Positions 28,907 through 38,072 of a stretch of 64,000 nt of DNA are shown piece after piece; positions within the stretch are counted from its first letter, which is position 1, and each line of letters begins with the position of its first letter. Both the position numbers and the translations under genes were made by a program. Source of the stretch: a virus (Duplodnaviria > Caudoviricetes); IMG/VR virus record IMGVR_UViG_3300003375_000001, positions 32,001 through 96,000 of that record, one strand, 5' to 3'. The notes below the pieces were generated by a model. The model did not search any database. It was given only the letters and a program-made list of their open reading frames with translations, and was not told where the DNA came from.

Positions 28907-29983
28907 ATGACTTCTGCAATTCGCGCTCAACGTCACGCTACCGTGGCGACTGACTTCAAATTCCAAGGTTCCAACACTCGTGTCGTTGGTTCGAATGGCG
29001 AAATCAACGCCAACGATAAGAAAGACCTGCTGAAATCGTCCATGCGTCTGATGGAAGCAGCGTCTAACGGTCTGATCGTTACGGAAGACGACCAACGCGC
29101 TCGTGACGAACGCGCCGCTGTGAACAAGGAACTGTTGACTGCTGCTTTTGGCAACGACATGTCTCACCGTGTTCTTGGTGAACGCATCGCCGAAGAAATC
29201 TATATGACTTCAAACCGTAAGGGTTTCAGCCGTCGCTTCCTGAACCGTATCGAACTGAAGCAAGGTGACATCCCTCGTTTCGCAGTTCGTAAGAAGAACG
29301 TTACTGCCTCTTTCATCACAGGCCCATCGCGTCTTGAAACCCAAGTCGTGACTGACAAATGGCTGACCCCTCCTGAATTCCAACTGGCAACACGCGTGTA
29401 CGTGCCCCAGAACGAAATCAACCAAAGCAACAGCGACGTGCTGGAAGAAAAGTACGTCGAAGCACTGGAAGCCATCATGGTGTCGGAAGACCGCCTGTGG
29501 TACCAACTGGCACAAAACACTATCGGTATCGACAACAACAAGTCGGTCATCGCTGGTACCTTGTCGCCTTACTCCCTGATGAGCGTGCGCCAGCAAGTTG
29601 CTAAGTGGGGTCTGAAGGTTCCTTACTGTCTGATGGCTTCTGACCTGTTTATCGACATCGTTGGTGACAGCGACTTCATCCAAGCTATTGAACCTGTCGC
29701 TCGTCACGAACTGGTGATGACTGGTGAACTCGCTGTGCTGTACGGGATGACTCTGATCTCGGAAGCTTATCGTCACCCAGAACACAAGGTTCTGAACCAA
29801 GGTGAATTCGCTTGCGTGTCGGATCCTCTGCAACACGGTGCTTACTCTGATCGTGGTGGTGTTGACAGTGCTCCTATCAACCCAACTACTGAAAAGATCA
29901 TGGGTCGTGGTTGGTTGCTGTCGGAATCGTTGTCGATGACTGTGGCGAATTCCCGTTCAGTTGCACTTGCTGTTAGACAGTGA
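28907..29983 (+). CDS. Major capsid protein (HK97-fold, inferred)
   Basis: 358 aa; strongest codon bias in the window; AAGGA RBS; capsid-like segments RRFLNRIELKQGDIPRF, VPQNEINQSNSDVLEEKYVEALEAIMVSEDRLW, LYGMTLISEAY; lies between scaffold-like and neck/tail genes. Confidence 0.75.
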   Translation: MTSAIRAQRHATVATDFKFQGSNTRVVGSNGEINANDKKDLLKSSMRLMEAASNGLIVTEDDQRARDERAAVNKELLTAAFGNDMSHRVLGERIAEEIYMTSNRKGFSRRFLNRIELKQGDIPRFAVRKKNVTASFITGPSRLETQVVTDKWLTPPEFQLATRVYVPQNEINQSNSDVLEEKYVEALEAIMVSEDRLWYQLAQNTIGIDNNKSVIAGTLSPYSLMSVRQQVAKWGLKVPYCLMASDLFIDIVGDSDFIQAIEPVARHELVMTGELAVLYGMTLISEAYRHPEHKVLNQGEFACVSDPLQHGAYSDRGGVDSAPINPTTEKIMGRGWLLSESLSMTVANSRSVALAVRQ

Positions 29984-30000
29984 GTACATAAACTATACGG

Positions 30001-30190
30001 ACTAGGGCCAAGTGCCCTAGTGTAAGACGATACCTTGCGAATGTTTGAAGGTGGCTGAAACTAGCTTAGCCGCTGGTGCGAAAGAAATGGTGCAGACTAC
30101 GTGGTTGTGGTATCTGCTCCTGACGGGGTTCATACGATAGTGAATCCAACTCGCAAAGTTCTAATGAACGTCTTACACTAGGGCACTAGC
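30001..30190 (+). ncRNA. Candidate structured non-coding RNA (~180-190 nt); strand assumed from context
   Basis: Perfect 19-bp closing stem 30011-30029/30169-30187, inner stem TTGCGA/TCGCAA and three internal hairpins; no credible ORF in the 243-nt gap. Confidence 0.6.
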
Positions 30191-30226
30191 TCTAATTTAT
30201 TGAACCAACCCCACAAAGGAATCGAC

Positions 30227-30700
30227 ATGGCAAAGTATAATCGCGCTCTTGACACTCTTGTCATGGCCGCTGCCCTGCATCGTCAAGGCAAATCTAATGA
30301 AGCTGCGAAGCTTTTTGTTCAAGCTGCCTCGGACAAGTCTATGGCAGAAGCATCGAAGCTGGTGAATCTGTATAATCAGAAAGCTCTGGCCTCTAACATA
30401 GCAACCCGCGTCGCAAAGGCTACTACAGCTAAGCCTGCTACAAAGCCAGCTAAGCCTACAAAGGCTGCCGCTTGGCCTTGGTCTGAGACGGCTGACGCTG
30501 CTCCTTCTGACGTGCTTGACGTTCAAAACGAAGACTTCGGTATCGAGCCTGAAGAAAACGAGTTGATGACTCGCGTTGTTCAGGAAGCTGACGCCATCGA
30601 CGGTGATGAAGACGAGCATGAAGACGAAGGTGAAGAACAGGAAGCTGTTGCAGCTGCCCGCTTCACTCGCGCTCTTGCTAATCTGTCCCGTCAAGGTTGA
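30227..30700 (+). CDS. Acidic, Ala-rich hypothetical virion protein (possible internal head protein)
   Basis: ATG 30227 behind AAGGA (track start 30200 is TTG); capsid-like codon bias; D/E-rich C-terminus. Confidence 0.6.
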   Translation: MAKYNRALDTLVMAAALHRQGKSNEAAKLFVQAASDKSMAEASKLVNLYNQKALASNIATRVAKATTAKPATKPAKPTKAAAWPWSETADAAPSDVLDVQNEDFGIEPEENELMTRVVQEADAIDGDEDEHEDEGEEQEAVAAARFTRALANLSRQG

Positions 30701-30729
30701 TCTTCCAGGTCTAACAACTCGCCAAAGCT

Positions 30730-30770
30730 AAAGGGCTAGGTGCCAACTCCGGCCCTAGCCCTTTTCTTTT
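30730..30770 (+). terminator. Rho-independent terminator ending the head operon
   Basis: AAAGGGCTAGG...CCTAGCCCTTT followed by TCTTTT. Confidence 0.85.
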
Positions 30771-30788
30771 GGTCAATCAGGAACTACC

Positions 30789-31229
30789 ATGTCACACATT
30801 CAAGAGATTGCTAAACGCTTGCAAGTTACCTCTGCACACCCACCTAGTGTTATTACTGAAGTTAGAGGGCGAAAGCTTAAACTTTGGGAATCAGGCGTAT
30901 ATCTTATAACAGGCTCTATAAAATATCTTAACGACGACGACCTTCACGATTTTTTAGAAGACAGTAACCCGAGCCCTGAATTAGAAAAACTGTATAAGAC
31001 CGCTGACGGTGCTATAAGCGGCTACTCTAGTAACCATAGAGATAGTGGAGGCTTTGTATATTCTGGTGCAGTAAAGCCTTATAAAAACATAAATGACCTC
31101 TACGACTTCTTAGGCTTGTTACCTAAACTCCCTAGTTTTGCTGGTTTCACCTTTAAAGCCTACAGCGATGTACTGTTTACCTTCTCCAAGGGCAACAACA
31201 TTGTTGTCATAGCCTTAGTTGACGACTAA
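30789..31229 (+). CDS. Hypothetical protein (N-terminus MSHIQEIAKRL)
   Basis: 146 aa; AGGA RBS; N-terminal motif shared with the internal start at 32642. Confidence 0.6.
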   Translation: MSHIQEIAKRLQVTSAHPPSVITEVRGRKLKLWESGVYLITGSIKYLNDDDLHDFLEDSNPSPELEKLYKTADGAISGYSSNHRDSGGFVYSGAVKPYKNINDLYDFLGLLPKLPSFAGFTFKAYSDVLFTFSKGNNIVVIALVDD

Positions 31230-31985
31230 ATGACAACCTCGAACTTCTCCAACAGTACTGAAGCCGCAAAATCAGGTCTCAACCTCACCCTCGATCCTGT
31301 TGAGAAGTTCATCTTTGCTGGTCTTCAAAAGCAAATGCTGAAGGTATTTGAAGCTAAGTCTGCTTGGGTCACCTCAACAGACAAGACCAAGACACTTCAG
31401 CAGTTGTTCGGGTCTCCTTCACAAGAGGCCTCAGAATTAAACGTAACGTACCCCTATATATTCATGTACTGCGGTACATTGGCCGAGTCTCCAGATAGAG
31501 CTAACTTAAAGGCGACGGCAGTACGAGGTATCGCCAACGTTGTACCGTCTTCCGACAATCGGAGATCGTTTCGGGTCGAGTACATCCCCGTAGACTTTAC
31601 AGTGACGGTCGAGTACGTTACGAATGACTATAAAGAAGTATTGAAGTTTGCTAGGCTCTGGTTGTTCTCTAGACACAAAGGCTTCCTTAACTTCGATGTT
31701 GTCTATGGTCGAGCCACGTTTGCTATAAGCTGTAGGCCAGACGCTCAGATTCAGATCCCTTTGAGGGAAGCAGAGCTTGAAGGTCCCTCGGAGTATACCT
31801 TAAGCCAAACACTAGTTATACAAGGGTACATAAGTAGCTCGACTCTAATAGAACAACAGGTGACAACTAGCATCGAAGCTAACTTTACTCTACCGGATGG
31901 CTCCGTGTTCTGGTCTCTGTCCTCACCTGAGACAGACGTAACACCTCCAGACCCCACAGCCTCTGTATCGAATTCAACTAACTGA
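31230..31985 (+). CDS. Probable neck / tail-completion protein
   Basis: 251 aa; TYPYIFMY and PVDFTVTVEYVTND..F.RLWLF segments resemble tail terminator/completion proteins; between head and sheath genes. Confidence 0.4.
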   Translation: MTTSNFSNSTEAAKSGLNLTLDPVEKFIFAGLQKQMLKVFEAKSAWVTSTDKTKTLQQLFGSPSQEASELNVTYPYIFMYCGTLAESPDRANLKATAVRGIANVVPSSDNRRSFRVEYIPVDFTVTVEYVTNDYKEVLKFARLWLFSRHKGFLNFDVVYGRATFAISCRPDAQIQIPLREAELEGPSEYTLSQTLVIQGYISSSTLIEQQVTTSIEANFTLPDGSVFWSLSSPETDVTPPDPTASVSNSTN

Positions 31986-31994
31986 GGAAACAGA

Positions 31995-32372
31995 ATGTCT
32001 CAAATTCAGAATAGGGCTCTACTGTTTAACCTCGGAGTGTTTGTTGCCAATAACAACATTCGGAGGTCTCTGTCTGCGTTCACTCACAATTACCAGACGC
32101 CGGACGGATCTGTAGACGTAAAAGTAAAGACGTTGGCCGCAGGTGCTACCTTTACCTTTACACCCGACATTCCTACTAGTGTGCTTTTGGTAGAAACAAC
32201 AGGTACCGTGCAGGCTAGCGTCACTCTGGGTGCTTTAACGTCTCCTGTACGGTCCTCAATGACGTATCTCACTTTTATCAAACAGGTTCTATTACTTGAT
32301 GACGCAGTTACTAGTGTCGTGTTTACGAACAACGGCACTTTGCCTATTCAAGTAACTCTGATTCAAGGATAG
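31995..32372 (+). CDS. Hypothetical virion protein
   Basis: 125 aa, beta-rich; GAGGA RBS. Confidence 0.6.
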   Translation: MSQIQNRALLFNLGVFVANNNIRRSLSAFTHNYQTPDGSVDVKVKTLAAGATFTFTPDIPTSVLLVETTGTVQASVTLGALTSPVRSSMTYLTFIKQVLLLDDAVTSVVFTNNGTLPIQVTLIQG

Positions 32373-32374
32373 GT

Positions 32375-33166
32375 ATGGACGTAACCTTTCAAGTATATAA
32401 CAAAGGTAACCTGCGTGAAAGTGTGAAGTCCATTACGCCTGAAGCGTTGTTTACTCTTCTTCAGTCCATGTACGAAAAAGGTGAAGGTGACAGACGTGCA
32501 GGCTGGAGCGATATGCCTGACGAAGTTGCAGAGCTTGAACACCTTCTGCGTAAGCCGCACACGTTGACTTACAAAATGCCAATTGCGCCTATAGGCAAAC
32601 TAACTTTCACGTTCACCTTAACTCCTAAACAAGGACAAGTTATGTCTCACCTTAATGAAATTGCTAGCCGGCTCTTAGAAAGTGCTGCTGGTGGCCCTGG
32701 CATGGGGCGGGGCCTTATCCGTAGGCCTAGTAGCAGTGCTGAGGTTAAGAAGGAACTAACCGCTTATGACAAAGAATCTAAAGCTCTACTAAAAACTTTT
32801 CTAGTCACCGTAAAGTCTAAAGGTGGTGACATTGTGTATGCCACTAAATGGTTTTCTGAGGCTATAGAAGAGAATAGAGAATTTTTAGAAGATGGTCTTA
32901 ACGAAGCTGGTAGAGCCTTTAAAGGAAAAGGTGGTCCAGGTGGCTACTATTCAGCAGAGGCAGCACTCACGCCTTTGCGAAAGTTGACCTACAAGCAGTT
33001 CGCTGAGGACTACGCTTCTGAACAAGAACACTTAGGTATTCAGAAGGTTAGGGACGCCGGTAAAGCAATATCTGAGGATCCAGCAAAGAAAATAGCGTTG
33101 CTTAAGAAGCTAGGGCTGTCTGGAGAAGAGTTTCACGCCTTATGTATCATGATCAAACAGAGCTAA
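32375..33166 (+). CDS. Hypothetical protein with an in-frame internal start at 32642
   Basis: 263-aa ORF; AAGGA plus ATG at 32642 gives MSHLNEIASRL. Confidence 0.55.
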   Translation: MDVTFQVYNKGNLRESVKSITPEALFTLLQSMYEKGEGDRRAGWSDMPDEVAELEHLLRKPHTLTYKMPIAPIGKLTFTFTLTPKQGQVMSHLNEIASRLLESAAGGPGMGRGLIRRPSSSAEVKKELTAYDKESKALLKTFLVTVKSKGGDIVYATKWFSEAIEENREFLEDGLNEAGRAFKGKGGPGGYYSAEAALTPLRKLTYKQFAEDYASEQEHLGIQKVRDAGKAISEDPAKKIALLKKLGLSGEEFHALCIMIKQS

Positions 33167-33180
33167 CAAGGAATCAAAAA

Positions 33181-33432
33181 ATGTCCAATCGTATTGTCAA
33201 CCTTACAGCTCACGCTCACGCTGTACCTATCGTCAATAGTGACACAGGCGAAAAGCGTGAAGTATTTGTTCAGCCTAGTGGTAAGCCTAAGCTGCCTGAC
33301 GGCTTCGTGCCAGACTCTACTTTCCTGTTTCGCAATCCTGGCTTCAAGGTCGTTTCTGACGCACCTGCCGATACGCCAGCCTCAGTTGCTCAAACAGTAG
33401 ATACCCCTGCTCCTAGCACTACTACGCCTTAA
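33181..33432 (+). CDS. Small hypothetical protein preceding the sheath gene
   Basis: ATG 33181 behind AAGGA; capsid-like codon style; Pro/Thr-rich tail. Confidence 0.6.
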   Translation: MSNRIVNLTAHAHAVPIVNSDTGEKREVFVQPSGKPKLPDGFVPDSTFLFRNPGFKVVSDAPADTPASVAQTVDTPAPSTTTP

Positions 33433-33450
33433 CTAACTGGAGATACACAC

Positions 33451-35379
33451 ATGGCAGCTCTATCGCGCCAAGGCTCTGACGTCCGTATCAACGAAATCGA
33501 TCTGTCTACTACGTTGGCGCAAAACTCCAACGTAACTGCTGCCATCGTCGCTGTGTCGTCTCAGGGCCCAATCGGACCTACCCTTTATTCTAGTTTTGAT
33601 AACTACAAAGCTGACTTCGGTAACCTGAATTCCTTGGTTAGCTATGACGGCTATTGCGCTAAGGACTACTTCGCTGAAGGTAATACACTCTGGGCAATTA
33701 GAGCTGTCAACATTGACTCCTTATATGGTTGCGCACGCGTGTACGTCGATAACACAGGTAACACGGTCATCGACCAGGCTACCATGTTCGACCCTACTAC
33801 CTTCGTGACTTGGGGAACTACATACCCTGCTGGCTCCACGCCTCTTTACCTGTTCTACTACAAACGGGGTCCCGGTAGTTCTAGCTCGAATATTAAACTT
33901 GGTCTGCGCAGTCAAAACTTGGCGGCACCTTCAGGTCTCGCTACGTTGTCTTCGTCCACTGGCGGCACCCTGTCTGCAGGCACTTACGAATACACGGTTT
34001 GCGCTGTAGGTCCTAACGGTGACTCTCTATCCGCTACTCCTGTGCAGATTGTCGTCACTTCAGGCACAAACACAAACACGGTGACTATTAGCTGGAATCC
34101 CGTTCAAGGTGCTACAGCTTATAAGGTGTTCGGTAGGTTGTCTACTAACCTCAAGTACTTGACAACTGTCGGAGCTGCTACGACGACATTGCTGGACGAC
34201 GGCCTGTACACAGTAGGGTCAGCTGCGCCCTTCACTAATGTTAGTCAACTGCCTCCAGCTTCTGTGTTGTTTAGCCTGGACGTTTACGACTTGACTTTCG
34301 ATACACAGAACCCTGTCGAAACGTTTGACTGCTCCATGACAGAGCAAGTAGACGAAATGGGCTTGCAGATGGAAACTGCCCAGCGCGTTAACTCGTTCTC
34401 GCAGTACATTCGTTGTAAGTCACACATCCCCGCTATTGTTACTTTGCCTCGTGTCTACTCCGCGGGACCTGCATTGTTAGGTACTGGTACAGCAGGTAGT
34501 GCACCTACTGATGCTAACGTGAACGCAGCCTGGAACGTGTTTTCCGATAAGCAAAACTACGTGCTGGATGTCCTTATCAACGCAGGTCGCGGTTCTGTTG
34601 CAGTTCAACAGAACATGGAACAGATTGTACGCACTCGCTTTGACTCTGTTGCATTCTTGGACGTACCTTCGTCTAGCCAAACAGCACAAGAGGCTGTCGA
34701 CTTCCGTAACCTTCAGTTGAACCTGAACTCGTCTTTCGCTGCTCTATTCTGCTCAGACCTCCTAGAGTCAGATCCAGACAACGGTAAGACTTTGTACATA
34801 CCACCATCCGGTGCTATGGCGGCCCTTATGGCCCGTACTACCCGAGTAGGTCAACCTTGGTTCTCCATGGCAGGTCTTAACCGAGGTCTCGTTAACGCGC
34901 TTGACGTGCGTAACACGTATGACGACGGTGACTCTACGTACCTGTATCAGAATCAAGTCAACTACATGCGCAAGTTTGTAGGTCAAGGCATTCCGCTATG
35001 GGAACAGTCAACCTTGTATGCTAAGGCTAGCTCGTTGCAGTTCTTGAACGTACGTGTGCTGTGCAACGTTATCAAACGAAGCATGTATAACTTCCTTTTG
35101 TACTCGTTGCAAGAGCCTGGTGACGACTTGCTTCGCAAACAAATCAAGTACGGTCTTGAAGACTACTTGTCTTACGTGGAAGGTGCACGAGGTATAACTT
35201 CGTCTACCGTTGTAGTGTCTGCTGTAAACAACCCCGCTATCCTTACCAATTCAGGTATAACTGCTGTTGCTGTTTACATCGTGCCTATCTTGGCCACTCG
35301 TCAGATTAACCTTAGCTTGCTGATAGGTAAGCAGGGGTTGAACGTGACGGAACAAGATATCGCTAACTTGACACTCTAA
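33451..35379 (+). CDS. Contractile tail sheath protein (T4 gp18-like) with inserted FN3-like domain
   Basis: IVAVSSQGPIG, PPSGAMAA, PWFSMAGLNRG and FLNVRVL motifs of sheath proteins; followed by the tube gene. Confidence 0.92.
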   Translation: MAALSRQGSDVRINEIDLSTTLAQNSNVTAAIVAVSSQGPIGPTLYSSFDNYKADFGNLNSLVSYDGYCAKDYFAEGNTLWAIRAVNIDSLYGCARVYVDNTGNTVIDQATMFDPTTFVTWGTTYPAGSTPLYLFYYKRGPGSSSSNIKLGLRSQNLAAPSGLATLSSSTGGTLSAGTYEYTVCAVGPNGDSLSATPVQIVVTSGTNTNTVTISWNPVQGATAYKVFGRLSTNLKYLTTVGAATTTLLDDGLYTVGSAAPFTNVSQLPPASVLFSLDVYDLTFDTQNPVETFDCSMTEQVDEMGLQMETAQRVNSFSQYIRCKSHIPAIVTLPRVYSAGPALLGTGTAGSAPTDANVNAAWNVFSDKQNYVLDVLINAGRGSVAVQQNMEQIVRTRFDSVAFLDVPSSSQTAQEAVDFRNLQLNLNSSFAALFCSDLLESDPDNGKTLYIPPSGAMAALMARTTRVGQPWFSMAGLNRGLVNALDVRNTYDDGDSTYLYQNQVNYMRKFVGQGIPLWEQSTLYAKASSLQFLNVRVLCNVIKRSMYNFLLYSLQEPGDDLLRKQIKYGLEDYLSYVEGARGITSSTVVVSAVNNPAILTNSGITAVAVYIVPILATRQINLSLLIGKQGLNVTEQDIANLTL

Positions 35380-35398
35380 TAGCCTAGGACAAACCATC

Positions 35399-35617
35399 AT
35401 GTCTTCCCTAATACTGTTGTCCCGCCGTCATAGAGCGGAGAAGAAAATTCAAGTTGTTGCTAGCGTGGCCACAAGCCCTGTTACGCAACCAGGGAATTGT
35501 CCAGGCGCCCAATGCGTATCGTCTACTCTTGCAGACGTTAAACGCGTTGGTAAAAGAATCTTAGACCGCATAGACGACATGAGTGCAACAAGCTCTCGTG
35601 CCGTGGTGTCTAAATAA
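35399..35617 (+). CDS. Small hypothetical protein
   Basis: 72 aa; AGGA RBS; fills the sheath-tube gap. Confidence 0.45.
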   Translation: MSSLILLSRRHRAEKKIQVVASVATSPVTQPGNCPGAQCVSSTLADVKRVGKRILDRIDDMSATSSRAVVSK

Positions 35618-35629
35618 CCAGGAACTGAT

Positions 35630-36148
35630 ATGGGTACTACAACACTTCAAAATCTGTTTAGTGTTTTGGATCCTCAGAAATCTTTCAATTGGGAGATTTC
35701 TATTCCAAACATTCCGGGGGTCAATGACTCCCGTCAGCTTACCTACAAAGCCATCTCAACAACCATCCCTGGTTCATCTGTAGCTCAGATTAAGCTAGAG
35801 GCTCACGGGATGGCGGTTCACTTTTCAGGTCGCCGTACGTGGCAAGGTACCTGGAATGTTACCATTGTTGAAGACCGTCAAAACAACACGCGTGACTCTA
35901 TATGGAACTGGTTCGAATTGGTTCGTAGCTGGGACAACAACACTGGTGCGTATAAGTCTCAGTATGCTGTGCCCGCTGAATTGGTTCTTTTGGATGACTC
36001 GAACAATGTCCAACGTACTATTAAGCTTGTGAATATTTGGCCTACACAACTTAGCGAACCTGCTGCTGATCAGTCGGACGAAATCATTCGTTATGACATT
36101 ACCTTCAGCTATGATTACACTCAAGAGTTTGTTGCTGGGGCAGCTTAA
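35630..36148 (+). CDS. Tail tube protein (T4 gp19-like)
   Basis: FSGRRTWQGTWNVTIVED, IWNWFE, LLDD..IKLVNIWPTQLS..ITFSYDY tube motifs. Confidence 0.88.
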   Translation: MGTTTLQNLFSVLDPQKSFNWEISIPNIPGVNDSRQLTYKAISTTIPGSSVAQIKLEAHGMAVHFSGRRTWQGTWNVTIVEDRQNNTRDSIWNWFELVRSWDNNTGAYKSQYAVPAELVLLDDSNNVQRTIKLVNIWPTQLSEPAADQSDEIIRYDITFSYDYTQEFVAGAA

Positions 36149-36149
36149 C

Positions 36150-36180
36150 AAGAGGGGCCTCGTGCCCCTCTTATCGTTTT
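36150..36180 (+). terminator. Terminator after the tube gene
   Basis: AAGAGGGGC-CTCGT-GCCCCTCTT then ATCGTTTT. Confidence 0.75.
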
Positions 36181-36192
36181 GGAGTTACCCGC

Positions 36193-37011
36193 ATGTCCAA
36201 CTTTGACTTAGGTAGTTTTGATGTCACAAGTGCTGTTAATCAAGTCACTAACGCACTTACCAAAGGTGTTCTTGGCCCTCCCATCAAAAGCATCAACGAC
36301 TTTATAAACAAGGTATCAACCACTACGTCACTAGCTCGTAAAGAGGGCCAGTCGTTAGCGCACCAAGACTTCATCAAAGCTATATCTAGTAGACCAGACC
36401 CCTCACTGTCTTTCGACTGGATAGGCCTAATACTTGACCCCACAGTATCCACGTCGGCACAGCTACCTTGGGAATACATAGACGGCATAACAACCCCGGC
36501 TGTGAGTATAACCACTGAAGAAGTTTTCATGAATGGTCGTGTGCGTAAGTATGCTACCAAGTATGACGTTCAAACCGCAGATATAAAAATCTACAGCGAC
36601 GTTAACGGTCTAGGATTTAACTTCGCTAATACGTGGGCTCGATCTGCATATAGGCAAGACGGCTTCTGGAACTTACCTAAAGCGTACAAGAAAGACATCC
36701 AGATTTTTGTCATCGACGCAACTCGGAGCATCATAGTTGACTTCAGGCTAGTAGGATGCACGGTAACTAACTGGAATGGGTATAACTTGGATTCGTCCGA
36801 CACTCCGTTAGAGACTTCGCTGACCCTGAGCGTTGATGACTTTTACATGAACTACGATAGCGACTTCACTGCGGCTAAGTCCTCTCTCAATTCCATTTTG
36901 ACGACAGGTCTTAATGCAGGTATCGCTAACTTGACGACAGCCCTAACCAGCGGCGTGTCGTCTGCTATATCAGGTATATTTGGCTCTGACACGGGTTTCA
37001 ATATTATCTGA
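36193..37011 (+). CDS. Second tube-fold protein (tube initiator, gp54/gp48-like)
   Basis: TPAVSITTEEV..RKYATKYDV..IKIYSD..FRLVGCTVTNWNGYNLD..LTLSVDD follows the tube-fold pattern. Confidence 0.6.
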   Translation: MSNFDLGSFDVTSAVNQVTNALTKGVLGPPIKSINDFINKVSTTTSLARKEGQSLAHQDFIKAISSRPDPSLSFDWIGLILDPTVSTSAQLPWEYIDGITTPAVSITTEEVFMNGRVRKYATKYDVQTADIKIYSDVNGLGFNFANTWARSAYRQDGFWNLPKAYKKDIQIFVIDATRSIIVDFRLVGCTVTNWNGYNLDSSDTPLETSLTLSVDDFYMNYDSDFTAAKSSLNSILTTGLNAGIANLTTALTSGVSSAISGIFGSDTGFNII

Positions 37012-37026
37012 AAACTCATACCCTCC

Positions 37027-37055
37027 TTGACGTTGTTTAACGCAAGTGGTATGCT
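37027..37055 (+). promoter_or_regulatory. Host sigma70-type promoter (extended -10)
   Basis: TTGACG (37027-32), 17-nt spacer, TG-G-TATGCT (-10 at 37050-55). Confidence 0.65.
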
Positions 37056-37087
37056 GTATCAACCGCCACTCCCTATGAGGATTGAAC

Positions 37088-38053
37088 ATGGCAACATCTG
37101 ACGACAATCAAACCCCCGAAACAGTATCAATGCCGTTCCCGACTAAAGCAGGTAAAGCACTATCCCCAGAGCCTTCTAGGGACAGTCAAACGGTGCCAAA
37201 ATCGTCGAATTGTGCAAATACACTGAAAGACGCAGAATTCACCAAATTACGGACTTCTGCGGAAGAATCGCCGGACTACTTTACTATCCAACTTCCAAGC
37301 GGTTTTGTGTTTTACTCCTTCAAAACGTTGTCAGTAAAACTGGTTAACGGACGGGCCCAAGGCAAGTTTACACGCGCTTCAAAAGAAAAGTCCTTGCGGT
37401 ATACAGTAGAGGCTATATCCAGTCTGCTTGGTGATAACATATCTGCGTTTGACCTGACTCTGAAGGACTTCTACTACGTCATGTATTGGCTGCGCCTTGG
37501 CTCTTACCCTAACAAGTCAATGAACCACTTGGCCGTCTGTACTAACGCCGAGCACGCAGACCGCATACTAGATTCCAAGAGAGCTAAGGAAGACCAGAAG
37601 TATCCTGAGTCCAAGTGGCTTGACGAGAAAAGTGTGCGAAGTCTTCACACCATTAATAGCACAGTGCTTGAGGAAAAGGCGTTTGATAAGGACAAGTATG
37701 CTCACCTAGAGTTTCCTGCTTTAAAGGCACTAGGCATTACGCTAACTCCTGTCCTTATGAGTGACGTTGTGAACTACAGTGAGTTTATGGACCCTGAGCG
37801 CCCTGACTACGAGGAAGTAGAAGATGCAGCCAACCTCGCAGGCTACATAGGCACAGTTAAAGGTAAGGTGCTGTCCTACGTTGATCGCATGGCGGTGTAC
37901 AATGAACTTAACCTAGATGCCATTGAAGAGATTCAGAAATTTGCAGATGCCGTTAGTGACTACGGTGTTGAAGAATCCATCAAAGTTAAATGCCCGGGGT
38001 GTGGTGCGGAGATCAGGACAGAAGTGTCTATCTCCGCACACTCCTTTCTTTGA
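37088..38053 (+). CDS. Baseplate hub assembly / tail assembly chaperone (T4 gp26-like)
   Basis: ATG 37088 behind GAGGA; FDLTLKDFYYVMYWLRLGSY and C-terminal IKVKCPGCGAE CxxC typical of gp26-like proteins. Confidence 0.65.
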   Translation: MATSDDNQTPETVSMPFPTKAGKALSPEPSRDSQTVPKSSNCANTLKDAEFTKLRTSAEESPDYFTIQLPSGFVFYSFKTLSVKLVNGRAQGKFTRASKEKSLRYTVEAISSLLGDNISAFDLTLKDFYYVMYWLRLGSYPNKSMNHLAVCTNAEHADRILDSKRAKEDQKYPESKWLDEKSVRSLHTINSTVLEEKAFDKDKYAHLEFPALKALGITLTPVLMSDVVNYSEFMDPERPDYEEVEDAANLAGYIGTVKGKVLSYVDRMAVYNELNLDAIEEIQKFADAVSDYGVEESIKVKCPGCGAEIRTEVSISAHSFL

Positions 38054-38072
38054 TAAGGTAGACGACAACTAT

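Noticed and set aside
26878-29836. Long minus-strand ORFs opposite the head genes (26888..27607, 28130..28753, 29210..29836)
   Set aside because: Antisense shadows of strongly codon-biased + strand genes; no RBS and no protein-like motifs
30091-30100. GCAGACTAC resembling the group I intron R element
   Set aside because: No matching S element (P7 partner), no interrupted gene, and the region is too short
30126-30147. GGTTC..GAATCC resembling a tRNA T-arm, considered as a tRNA gene
   Set aside because: No canonical D-arm, anticodon arm spacing or CCA acceptor; kept only as part of the ncRNA candidate
36193-36215. Tube-like gene starts MSNFDL, like RBP3 and RBP5
   Set aside because: Similarity ends after six residues and the codons differ; none of the module consensus follows
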